Source: Dicyema japonicum
Lineage: Eukaryota; Animalia; Dicyemida
Direction: 5' to 3'
Assembly (NCBI GenBank): GCA_011109175.1
Contig: RDEW01000034.1
Span: 314,331-378,330 of the forward strand
DNA: 64,000 nucleotides
The notes beneath the pieces were generated by a model. The model was not told the DNA's origin, did not search any database, and saw only the letters and a program-made list of their open reading frames with translations. How positions within the stretch are numbered: the stretch's first letter is position 1; every line of letters starts with the position of its first letter. Of this stretch, positions 52,101 through 64,000 are shown in pieces. The translations under genes were made by a program, and so were the position numbers.

Positions 52101-52869
52101 TAGACGTGAAGTTAACACAAAGCATTATGAAGTGTTAGCCTGAGCATGATGGGAGAATCTTTTGCCTTTTTTTAAATCAAATAGATGATATTGTTGCTCT
52201 CTCGAATTGATTTGATTTGAAATATTAAAAAATCGAATAAGGTAATCGTTTGATGACAAAATAATTTTTCTGTGCGATTTTGGCTACAGATTGATCTATC
52301 AGAGTAAAAGATATTTAACTCCGATGTTCTTTTCTATTGAAAGTAAAAATAGGTCATATTCCTCCTTGACAGTAAAATTAGGTCAACCGTTGAAGTAATT
52401 TTAAATATACATTTGATGACTATAGATGCCATTAGTATCCTTACTATTATTCGCAGCCAAATGTGATGCCATTGTTTATACTGACCTTACCCTTTACTCT
52501 ATTTCTGGATCTGTGGACATTTATTAGGACATTTTTTAATCAACTAAATGACCGAATTAATCTGAAATCGCATTAAGATGTTTTTTAAAAAAAAGAGTTT
52601 TTTGAGGGCAATATGATGCTAAAAGGTCTGCTTCAAGATGACTAGAAATTATTCAACATATGCTTATTTGGATGTTTATCCATGTGCTAAAATTGGCAAC
52701 CTTCTGACGACGAGGCAGTGAGAATTGCTGTCTTGCTCCGTTTTGACCTTAATTTTGTGTTGAATGAAAATGCACTTGTGGACGCTGAATCGATGGTTAT
52801 CTTCCTTTAAGCTGATTTATGGCTGTCCTCGACATGAGGTAACAACTTGACATTAAAAAATACACACTC

Positions 52870-52990
52870 TTCGCTGGCCACCACTAGTTTCTTCTTTTGC
52901 GATATCAACGCCCCGAAGGGACAACAATATTCCCTTTCGCTAATGGTCGAAACATGGCTTGGGCCGTCCTTGAAAGACTTGTTCTGGAAA
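52870..52990 (+). mobile_element. CRE RLE fragment
   Basis: RPEGTTIFPFANGRNMAW. Confidence 0.7.
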
Positions 52991-53599
52991 AATTACAATA
53001 CTCAATCTTAATACTTTTGATACACTACAGATTCTGGGGTAACCGCACAACCCTCACACAATTCATTGCGGAATTATTTAGCTTTGAATAGTGAAAACAG
53101 TATTATTGCTGAAATAAAAAAAATTATTCTTTCATCACATATTTTATATTTATTTTTTTTGTTATTCATATATTGGAAAAATTTTACTATTATATCTCAA
53201 TCCTATCTATTATTGGGCCAAAATTATATTTTTATCTTCCTCCAAAGTATTTCTTATAACAAAAAATATCCAAGATCCACGATAAAACTAAACTAACTAA
53301 TCATCTGATCCCACTTTGATTATTTTTGTATTCGTCTATGCTCATCCTTCTAGCAGCAAAACCACGCACGCAGATGAAGAGCCTAATTATCTTCATGTTG
53401 GTGGCTGATCCCATTGTTATTACAACTCAGGGATTTTTTGAGCAGTTGGTAAGTAGCACATTTCCTAAAAGTGTATCATAGCGTCGATTTGTTATCCCAT
53501 TTGTTGGTAGCTAAGAAGATTTCAGCATTTGTCCATGAGACTGATTGTCCCTGCATGACTCGATGTAATCCTTGGATAAGAAGGTTTCCTATTCTCCAT

Positions 53600-53800
53600 A
53601 GCTATGAGAGATATATTTCAATCAATATTATTTTGATCTCGCAGTTTATAAGAACGCTATCAAAATTTAGAAAAAAGCACGTGCACGTCGAAAGTTATTC
53701 CCAGGATTTTTTGAGATTTGTTGTATGGGATTTTGACATTGTTTACCATCAATTCGCTGTCTTCTTAAAATCCATTTATCTGGCCAAATTACCTATACAA
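53600..53800 (-). mobile_element. Ingi/I-like RT C-terminal fragment
   Basis: LMVNNVKIPYNKSQKILGITFD. Confidence 0.6.
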
Positions 53801-54668
53801 ATTATGCTGACCACGTGGCACCAGTATACACTATTTTTTACCAAATTTATAATTAATCATTTTCCCAGCTGAATTCAAATTGAATTTTTGTTCTTCAAAA
53901 ATTACTTTTTGATTCGATGAAGGAAAATTTTTAATTTTATCTCTTACTAACGCAGTACTTGAAATGACTTGTCACACGCACGCATAATATTCCATAGTTG
54001 CTCAATTTCCTCATTTAACATTGTAGGTTCAAAAGCTAATTTCATTCGCTTGACTCTTCATAAATTGAAATAGTTCACAATTTGTGTGCATGATTAAATC
54101 ATTCAGCTAACTTGGTTGTTCTAATAGTACTGCAGGGCCATGTTATTTATAACGGCTTTTAGACATTTAATGGAGTTTTGTACGTCGCATGATGGCTGTA
54201 CTTTACCTTATTCAATCTCAAGTTATCATTTTTCTTACTAGTTTTGGTATTATGAAAATCTTCAGTTTTAACTTCCACTGATTGGAACTGTTCACGTAAT
54301 TTCTATCTTTTCCATCTAACATGAAATTTGGAAGTCATCGCTATTCTATTATTATTTTTAAATCAATTTTGGGGTAACACCCTGTTTATGCTATTTTTAT
54401 GAATGCAGATTCACTTTCTCCCTTCTATAAAGGTTATGAAATTCAAATTGATTTTTCAAGAAAAATTTTCGTTAGAGACGGCATTTTCAGACATTTAATG
54501 GATTGTGAACTGAATTCTTTTGGTTTTATTCATAAACTATTAAGCCTTTTAAAAGACTCGACTTGTCTAGAATGGTTAAGTATATGACACACCTGGTGTC
54601 TCTACTACTGATTGCACCTGAAGTGTCCGCAACTTTGGTGTGGCGAAGACCATACTTATTGCATAGTA

Positions 54669-55100
54669 CAGTGGTTCGCAACCTTCAAGTGCTCTCGGAA
54701 CCCTTTGGGCTATTTTTTGCGTAATTTTTCTAATTCAATTACTACAATTTCACTTAAACATAAATCGTAATAACCAAAAACAATTTAATGTGAACATTGA
54801 GATACTTTTTATCATAGCATAGTTGTGTAAAGCAGAGTTTTTGTTGAGAACTGTATCCTCATATCAGCTGAAAGATTGAGTTTATTTCTATATTTTGTTT
54901 TGGTAGATCTATATATTGAAACTCCGACACGCATAAGAAAGTCGGTTGGAAAAAGGAATAGTGTACGTATAGCCTCTCCTGAGATCTCAAAATATATTTT
55001 GAAATGTATGCTCTTCAAAAAATTAATAAGGGATTCATTTTTATATATCTGATTTGACGTTGATTCTGATGTTAATACGATGTTCATATTCAATTGATGT
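54669..55100 (-). mobile_element. hAT/Buster 3' remnant with TIR
   Basis: EAIRTLFLFPT...FSIYRSTKTKYRNKLNLSADMRIQFS-like C-terminus; TIR-like CAGTGGTTCGCAACC at 54669. Confidence 0.75.
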
Positions 55101-55989
55101 TAGGTTTGTTAATATTACTATAACTTTGAATAGATTTTGAACCCATCGTCATCAAATTTATCCGAAAATATTTCGCAATGTTATCATCAAATTACCAAAA
55201 CTAAGTCAAAACAGAATCAAGATATAAACATGGATGTTTTACATATAGCTCTTTCCTAAATAAACGATGACCTCATACTTTGTCTAACTTCCAACATGTT
55301 TAATAAAACTGCTGTTAGTAATTCCATCAATACAGTAGTTAAGAGGTTAGAGTATTATGATCTACAATATTCTACTGTGGTTCGATTTTCACTACGGTTC
55401 ATTCGGTTGAAAAATCAGATCATTATTTTAACTTAACTTCAACATCTATACATGCCATCGCCTACAACAACTCCAAAATCTGTCATTTGTCACCTTACAT
55501 TTTAATGACCAAGAAGTGAATTAATTATGTGTTTATCCGTGAATTCCATAGGCGTGAATCTAAAAGTATGTAAAATTTAAATTTCTAAGCTAAAATAGAC
55601 ACTGAACTGTATAGTATCTATCTTCCAACATGCATTGAGTAAATAACAGAAAAAATCGATATATTGAAGTTAAATGGGTCAATTCAGTCAGGTAAAGAAA
55701 TTCAATGACTGAGAGAGGATGTGTGATAAATTTTAAGTTGATGCTTCCTTTTTGTTGGAAATGAAGGATAATAATATACATTGTCGTAAAATATTACAGG
55801 TTTATTATTTTTTATATAATAAATTAACTCGGAGGAGTGCTTGCCAGAAAGAAAAGGGATCAACGAGAAGGGTTATGGATAAGACAAAAGATAGGAATAG
55901 CCATACTCCGAGGGAACTCGTTCGCAATCTACGCAGCAGGCTCCTCAACTGACATTTGCTTAATTGTTATAAAAATAAAAATAAAAAAA

Positions 55990-56620
55990 ATAAATAAATT
56001 AACTTGTCTAGGATGAATTTTATTATAAAATGAATAAAAATTAAATTAAGGCATCTGAATGGCCATGCTATTTCCCCTAACAATAGCCAACGAGATACGT
56101 TCTCGGAACCAACCAGTCTCTCGCGATCCTTGGTCACAGCTTGAATCATGGAGCCGATCTTACGAACCAACTCATCTGCTTGGGGGCCAAGGATTCCTGA
56201 CGTTTCCACCGCGAATGGAACAAAAAGATACTCCTCCGAAATTCTCTGGTACTTCCTCCTCTTTCGTTCCTCGGCCTGCTTTGAAGCATGTCCTGGGTCT
56301 GAAGCAGAAGCAACCAAATTAGACGGGGAATAAGTATCAACACACGTCGCGTTCCCAGATCAGGTTTCGTCCGTTGGCGAATGAAAAGTCGTCATCCCAT
56401 CAGGGGCGTTTTTCCATCGTTTCGGAAAGACCAGCAGGTTCTAACAGGCAATGGTGTCCAGCAGAGGCAAGGGAATTCTTTAATGTCATGTTAAGACAGG
56501 AGTGCCTGGGGAAACGACCCGCACTCATCTTGCATGACAAGGATGATAACCAAAAGGATCGATCCAACGTCCACAGCGGCATTTTCTTTCGGCAAATCTA
56601 GGATTAATACTAAAATAAGT
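55990..56620 (-). mobile_element. CRE RLE domain and 3' tail, the best-preserved copy
   Basis: GRFPRHSCLN, EKRPDGMTTF, AEERKRRKY...FVPFAVETSGILG and an A-rich tail. Confidence 0.85.
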
Positions 56621-58319
56621 AGAAACGCTATATTTTGGTATCAAAGTAATGTTTGTGTCTTTGGGGGAATGGTCACTGATGAGAAAAAAAATCGTCTTTT
56701 TCAAAATAATGTATAAATTTTATTGGTAAAAAATAATCAGATAAATCCAGATGAAAGAAAAGAGTGTCTGTTCCTTTGACAACTGCAAGAGATAATTTGT
56801 GGAACAACCATTGACACTCATTGGTCACTGTCGAAACCATTGACCCAAGCGATCTAGAAAAGAGACTGTCTAAATTAAATTTTTGCAGATTAAATCTACA
56901 TTTTAAATATGGCAAAGCAGTAGAAATAGCACTCAAACACATTACTACCATGTGTTCAACCGATTCCACTCTAAAAGCCAGCATTTTCCTTCATCAAATT
57001 TTAACATTATGCATATCTGTTGGAGATTTTGTATACTATCAATGGCTAGGATACAGAACCCGGTTTATTTCGACTAGTTATTCAATATTCCTATAACATT
57101 TTAAATGTCTTAGCGAAACTTTTTTGCAAATTTCAGAAATACTCAAATCATCATTTATGAAGCACATTTTTAGTGGTGCCTACAGAACATTAATGAATAT
57201 TTGTTTTTTTCCCCCAGTTTTCACCACCAAATTTAATTAAGTATTTTTTAATTAAAAATTAATTTCACTTAACAATAAAAAAAATTACTAATTATAATTT
57301 TTTATTGCGTGTTAAGTATGTGTTGTTTGGGTGCTAAAAATCCGTAGTGGAACTCCATCAATCTTTGAACTGTTGATTTCTTGTCAAAAATTCGAGATCA
57401 GTCAATATCTAATTTTTTTCATGGAATTTTAGAAGTAAACATACAAAATATGACTAACATTAGTGAAAATTTAGAAATTAACTTTAAATAGGAAATTCTT
57501 ATAACTGCTCGTCAATATGCCCTTAGAAGAAAGTATTGAAAACTGGATATTCAATTACCTAATGGCGAAATTAGATATTATAAAAGGCGACAACACAGAT
57601 CAATATAATTTTGGACGATTGGATTTATGTACTCCATGACGGAGATCCACCTAATCCTGATACACCCATGGACCAAAATTACCTTAGTGGAGTAAAGTTC
57701 ATAAAATTGTAAATTTTAGAGATGTTACTGCGAGAACATGAGGTTTTTTCTCTATCGATGTTATGTTTTTAATTATAGGAATATGAATGTAACCGTGCAA
57801 TCCTGAATGCTATTAGAAAGTTACGCAGAAATCTATGCTTTCTTTAATTACTAATATCGCTTTATTTTGGTGGTTAAGTTAACTGACTTGAATTCATTTT
57901 CATTATTACAGAGAGGTGATCCTCTAGTTTTTTTTAATTTTGATGCTTCCTTTCATTGAGAACTTCTCGTCTTCAATGTCTGTCGAGGGCTTTCATGCAT
58001 CGTGTAGCTAAGTACAATAGAGATATGGCACTAACACAACCCACGTAATATAAAGTTTTTTAGTCATTTGTAGGGCGAACTAAGTAAAAAAGTTAAAATT
58101 TAATTATAGTTAATAAATAATCATTAAAATGAATTTTAACTATATTTTATATAAATAAATGTATATTAAACAAAATTATTATGTTAAAAAGTTAAAATTT
58201 AAAATTATAAAATTAAAATTATTTTAACCTTATAATTTTTGATTTAATTTATTATTTTTTTTAAATTAACTATTATTAATATATTTTGCCACTAAAATTT
58301 TTGGTTGACATACCTAAGA

Positions 58320-58628
58320 TAGCAAAATAGTACCAAATTATAGCTAAGGCCATTGTAAAGTATTATCCTAAAGAATTTATGATTCTTGAGGATGGCGCGC
58401 TATATTGTCGACTCTGTTTGTGTAATATAAAATGCGAGAAAAGGCAATAAAAGGCATTTGGGAATTCATTGAGTTTTGCGATATAACAATTATTTTTTTC
58501 TAGATAATCTGACCGAATCGCACCAAACACACATTGACCAATATTCTAAAAATGATGATTGGGCTATACAAGTAACCAGAGCATTCATAAAATCTGATAT
58601 TCAACTTAAACAAACTATCTATGCCGTG
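58320..58628 (+). mobile_element. CGGBP1-like zinc-finger DNA transposon remnant interrupted by the Buster element
   Basis: YPKEFMILEDGALYCRLCLCNIKC; the reading continues across the empty site (PWLRELFY) after 60237. Confidence 0.4.
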
Positions 58629-58636
58629 GCTTAGAG

Positions 58637-60229
58637 CAGCGGTTCTCAACCTGGGGTCGATTCGACCCCCAGGGGTCTAAAATCAATCCAGATCGATCGT
58701 AAGGGGGTCGAAAATGAAATACTTGGGAGTCGAAAATAAATTTAACATATTTAATTTTTTATTTTAAATTAAGTTAGTTTATTTTTAAAGTGGTGAACCT
58801 TTGTCTTTAAAAATTTGTAAATTTTCTATGATTGTTTTTTGTTCGCGTTCTTCTACAATAAAAATTCGTCAATATAAAAATGAATATTTAAATTTATAAA
58901 AAATTCTTTTGATAATAGACCATATTGCTTACTGCGTAATAAGTCATTATCAAATGATGCAATGGAACCGTCCAAATTGTTGGATCATTTTAGGAGGAAA
59001 CATTCGGATAAATAAAATAAACCATTACAGTATTTTGAAGATTAAAAGGATTTTTTTCGTAAACAAAAACGATTGACACTGTTTTTGCAAATAGTAATGA
59101 AAGAACAATAGTTGTTTGCTAATTTAAATTATATTTAGGAACACTAATAGATCTTATAAAATTGCAATGATTATTGCCAAAAATGAGAGTTACTATGTTT
59201 CTGGTGAAAATCTCATCAAACCATCTATATCAGTGATTCTATAAGATCTGACGGGTTTAAATCACGACGAAATTTTAAAATCCGTACCAATAAGCAATGA
59301 TTCAATTCTTTGCAGCATTAACGAAATGTCAGATTATGTCGAACATATTTCGTGAAAGGCTTAAAAATACTATTTTTTGCTTCAAATAAACGAAAGTCAT
59401 ATATGTGTCAAACATTCAATTCTAATGGGATTTGTCAGGTTTATATTATTAGAAGCTTACTCTTTTAGATAATTTGACGATCATGCTTTTCTTACAGAAA
59501 ATTTATTATTCGTCAAATATTTGGAAACTGATACGACTGGATTTTCTATTTTTTCCGTAGTCAAATTATTTTTGGATAACAAGAAGATTCCATATGAAAA
59601 TTTGGTTTCTTGTGTCACAGATGGTGCAGTGTCTATGGTTGGAAAATATAAAGAATTTGCGGCATATTTGAAAAAAATATGTCCAAATGTGATTTATATA
59701 CATTGCGTCCTACATATACAACATTTGGTTTCAAAAGCTCTTCACCAATTATACATGAAACGTTAAATATAGTTATTAAAACCATAAACGAAATTAAGTG
59801 GACAGAAATAGCACAATTGCTACTCTATTTTCCGACATCATATTGTGTGAATGCGGATTTAGCATTCTACATCGAATTGTAAATAAAGAACGAAACAGAT
59901 TGGATGTGTCCATTTGAGGAGATATTCGTTTAAAAATAACACAAGTAGAGCCAGATAATGAATCTTTGGTAATAAAACATCAGTCACTGGTTCCCATTGG
60001 TAATTAATTCTTTTTTTTATTATAGATTTATGCAAAGATACCAACTTAACATTAAGTATATACTTTTTTTGTTTGATTTGATTATTAACAATGAATTCAT
60101 TTTAGATAGTTAACTAATTTTACTTAGAATTGTCTGTTCTAATAAAAAAGCTTTAAAGGTCGATTAAATATTTGGTGGGTCGAAAAAAATTCAAGGGGTC
60201 GACGAGTAAAAAAAGGTTAAGAACCCCTG
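58637..60229 (+). mobile_element. Complete-ended non-autonomous hAT/Buster element (1593 bp)
   Basis: TIRs CAGCGGTTCTCAACCT and CAGGGGTTCTTAACCT; 8-bp TSD GCTTAGAG at 58629-58636 and 60230-60237. Encodes LSNDAMEPSKL, VSCVTDGAVSMVG and IHCVLH, with stops and deletions. Confidence 0.95.
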
Positions 60230-61879
60230 GCTTAGAGAATTGTTTTACAGAGGCTCTTTTCGAGTTCCCTGACCGTTAGTTAGCAGTCTATGTGACCTTA
60301 TCTGAAGCTATTCGGACATTCCAGGTTCCCTGAATAATGTCGCTATTGCAGATATTATTATTAAAGTACACACTCCACAATTGAACAAACAAGTGATGGT
60401 TTAGAATTGTTGGAATTTGAAAATGACAACAAATTTATTAAAAAAATACATAAATAAAAGGCTTAAAAATGATATTTCAAACATATTTAAATTTGACTAA
60501 TTCACACATATCTCCTGCCAAGTATTCATTACTCCTGAATTGTTAGCCAACTTAGTGCTCGGTTGAACGATGTTTCTCTTAGATATAGAATTTTCTAAGA
60601 ACCAACATACATTTTCTACCAGAAAATTTAGAAAATTATGTAATTTGTATGTGTAACAAAAAGTTTTAGTGTTTTTATTGTTTATAAAGTTAAATTTTTT
60701 GAGTTAATTTTTTTAGGTTAATTTTTTTATTTTTTAGGTTAAAAAAAATTTGCCCTGGTCATTTGTCTACTCTCACTTAAATGAAGCGGGTAAGATAAGT
60801 ATCGTAGTGACTATTGTTTCTCGTGCCACATCTGTCTGTACATCCCGGGTTATCATAAAATCCTATCCTAAGAAGTAAATTCGATTCAAATTTGCTATAA
60901 TCAATATGCACAAACAAATCAGCTAGCGTAAACAAACATTTAAGTGCATGTAGTTTCTCTGGTCATGACTGATGGACAGCAACTTAAAGACTCTTTTAAT
61001 TTATTTAGGTAGTTGGGAGAGCAGGAGTTAATAATATTGTAGATAACTATCCAAGGCGGTGGCAGCCTCTTTCCTTCTTTTGGGGGAGTTTGCCACCTAC
61101 ACATCCTTATTCCTACTCCACATTGGAATCAGTCGGTTCTCTTCCTACTTCAAATGGGATATCTTCGTATTTATAATATGTCAATTCCACTTGTTGTTTT
61201 GAAACAATTATTAAATATCACCGGGAGGCCTAAATCCCACTGTTGTTTACAGCCACCATACTTTCAAGAGTTCTCTTCAACATGACTGAATTCCAAGTTA
61301 AACGTATTATTTAAAATATTCACTATTATTATCCCCCAAATTCTACTATTTTGTGATCCACTGTGATATTTTTATTATTAAAGCGTAATTAGAGAAAAAA
61401 GTCATTATTATGTATCTTGTGACTCCCTGTAGCAAACTTTTTCCAAGTCCCACCATTGTGAATTTACTTAAGGGGAGTGAGATAAGATTGTGTTTACTCC
61501 ATCGCGTATTTGCATCGTTGAAATCAGTTGTATCCGCTTGTGCACGGTGAAAGCAAATCCGTAGTTAAACAATCAGATTCGAGGAACAGCAAGCCATATT
61601 CACTCATATTAAATTACTGCCTGATGGTCTCTTGTAAGAAGCAAGCTGATATGACATTTTTAAAAAGATCCAAGTATAACGGATACACCGTCCTAAAATC
61701 TATGCACGTTGAATAAGTCAAAAGTCAAAAGTTGAAGTGTTGACATTGATAAGACGTAAAGCTAAAAAATATAATTGCACCAACCAAAAGAATAATAAAT
61801 TAAATTTTTTAAATTAAATAATTTTTGAAAATCAATATATTTAACAAAAAATTAAATATTTTAACAATTAGCAAACTTC

Positions 61880-62140
61880 ATTGCCTGTCTAATCGCCCGC
61901 CTTTTCATCCAGGTTCGATCTGGTTGCGAAACAGCTCCGTAAGCACCTTGTTCAATTGAGCTCTCTGCCGATATGGTATCTCTGGACTCTGCCTTCAATA
62001 TTCGCAGTGTCAGGCTCTCTTGGGTCCGCTTTAAAACAGCGGACTGTAGTTAGTAGTGGAACTTTTTATCTCCCTCTAACTGTCTTAGTTTACCTTTGTG
62101 GTACTTTGTTGCAATTCCTTCCCACATCATTACTATTTGA
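61880..62140 (+). repeat. Copy of the 38855-39190 repeat family
   Basis: Direct alignment. Confidence 0.7.
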
Positions 62141-62499
62141 ATAAAGAGGNCACTTTTTAATAAATTAAATACTCTCTCCATTTTCATTGGCATATGAAAG
62201 TTTATATTTCGATATCTTCAATAATACCTTAAACGTCCATGTCCTATCTTTGAAATCCCTTGCAGTATTATATAAAAAGGATTCTCTCATTTACAAACTA
62301 TAGCTATTTCATTTACTAGTGCAATATGAATTGTGTGATAGGCTTTCTGATATAAATTAATTCAAAATAATACTCTTAATTTTTATTCTTCATCCTTTAG
62401 TAGTTAGTGAAATGGAATTCTTTTCACTTTTTCTGTAAATATTTCCTCCAATTGTTTTGTAATAAATTTAAGTTCTCCATTGTTAGCACTGCTTTGTAC

Positions 62500-63900
62500 A
62501 TTAGTCCTTACTATTCTGTCCTCTCAATTCCAAATCATCTCTTGTTCACAGTTTGAACGAAGGTAATTAACATGACTTGAGGCACATTTACTATCACTTG
62601 GAATGGCATATAGCTAAAGTATATTTGCGTACTAACCTGTAGTCTATTAGTCAATATATTATTTGGACACACAGTCCCAATATCCACATGGTACATCAAT
62701 GGTGTACAAATAAATGTGGATGATTTCAAATATCCAATTCGTTTAAGCAGTCATCATACACTCCAAAATACATATTATGTTCCTCAGAGAATAAAAGATG
62801 TAGAACAGAACGAATATTATTAGTTAACCATTCAATGGTAGATCACTCTTTAAATTATTATAATTACCACAATTCTAAATTTATATGGTATATCAGTTCT
62901 AAAAGTCCACTTTCTAATCCTCCACGTGCCCACATATATGTATCTGATTATATTACTTGTCCATCTCAGTAAAACAATCTGCTTCCATATGGTTGATTGT
63001 CCCACTTTAGTAACCTGTGTCAATAGTACCTAAAGAGAGTGCCTGTCCCTTTTCTTTGGACCTTAAATAATATGTATTAACAACCTCATCAAGAATGTGT
63101 AATAATTAATGGAAACATATAAGTGTGAATAAAATCAAATAATAAGTAGCAACAGCATCAGAGTGAGCTTCGAAGGATTGAAGATCCTCACTTCCTTAGA
63201 ATACACATCTTCAGGGTCCACCTCAACTGTTTCATACATCAATTTAGTTCGGTTACTCCTTTAAGTCCCTGACTCCTAATTGGTAAATAACTATCTCTTT
63301 TCACTCATCTAATATAACAATAAAATAAACTTATCCATAATACATGCACAACGACAAATATAATCTCCTTGATAACCCTTCTTTATTCCAATCTCATCAC
63401 ACATGGTTATATGAAATGAAGCTCTAGCATCTTAAATGTGACAAATGCATCCGCTGAAATTGTATCACATGGTCAAGAAAGTAGTCAATGCAGATTTCTG
63501 TTAATAATATAAATATAACTTCATCTGGCTGATTTATCATGTGAACTTTCCACCAACACCAGGAATGGGTATATACTCAAAATCATGAACATTATGAGGT
63601 ACCACATCACGATTAATGACTAGAAATCTCTATATGACATAGATATGATACCTTTCTATAAAGAAAATCGAAGTCATATATCCTCCAAATTGTTATTCTT
63701 CTGAATGCTTGTCCAATGAGAACATCATCATACGTTACGTAAAAAATGCTTTATAGATCATAGTTAGCTTTTGTTACAATTCAACATACTTTAAGTTGTT
63801 TCCATCCTCCTCCATAAAAAAGGTTGACTGATGGCACAAGTTGACCATACTAATCAGTTGTAACGCTCTTCTCTTATAATGTATGATATACAGACTTCAT
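62500..63900 (-). other. Unidentified multi-intron gene remnant
   Basis: Several 21-23-nt GT-AG candidates (e.g. gtatcatatctatgtcatatag, gttagtacgcaaatatactttag) separate protein-like frames containing stops. Confidence 0.25.
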
Positions 63901-64000
63901 ATTGATTAAAAAACCTTCCTTTCTGATATTTTGTCATTATTCATAGCAGTATCTCTGTCATAAAATAATTTCCTTCTTTTTGCATTTACCGGCTATCAAT

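Overview
AT-rich eukaryotic, probably animal, genomic DNA dominated by decayed transposable elements. These are CRE-clade, RTE-clade, Ingi/I-like and R4-like non-LTR retrotransposons, a tRNA-derived SINE, hAT/Buster and pogo/Tigger DNA transposons, and a MITE. There is one 914-nt N gap and two N-joined duplications that look like assembly artefacts. Host genes carry very small GT-AG introns (21-29 nt). One gene looks intact once spliced: a Max/Myc-type bHLH-ZIP factor at 1562-2239. RtcB (24117-25532) is a full-length but decayed, intron-retaining copy. A DYNC2H1 dynein segment and a divergent, isolated 28S rRNA fragment are also decayed. The best signal is at the 5' end of an Ingi-like retroelement family: an HDV-like double-pseudoknot ribozyme fold, then a short leader ending in a 2A/StopGo motif (GDIExNPGP), then the AP endonuclease. 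It occurs twice, with compensatory changes between copies. One copy is a 348-bp, TSD-flanked non-autonomous element whose 5' end falls exactly on the predicted self-cleavage site. All identifications come from reading the sequence by eye and from recalled family motifs; no searches were run.
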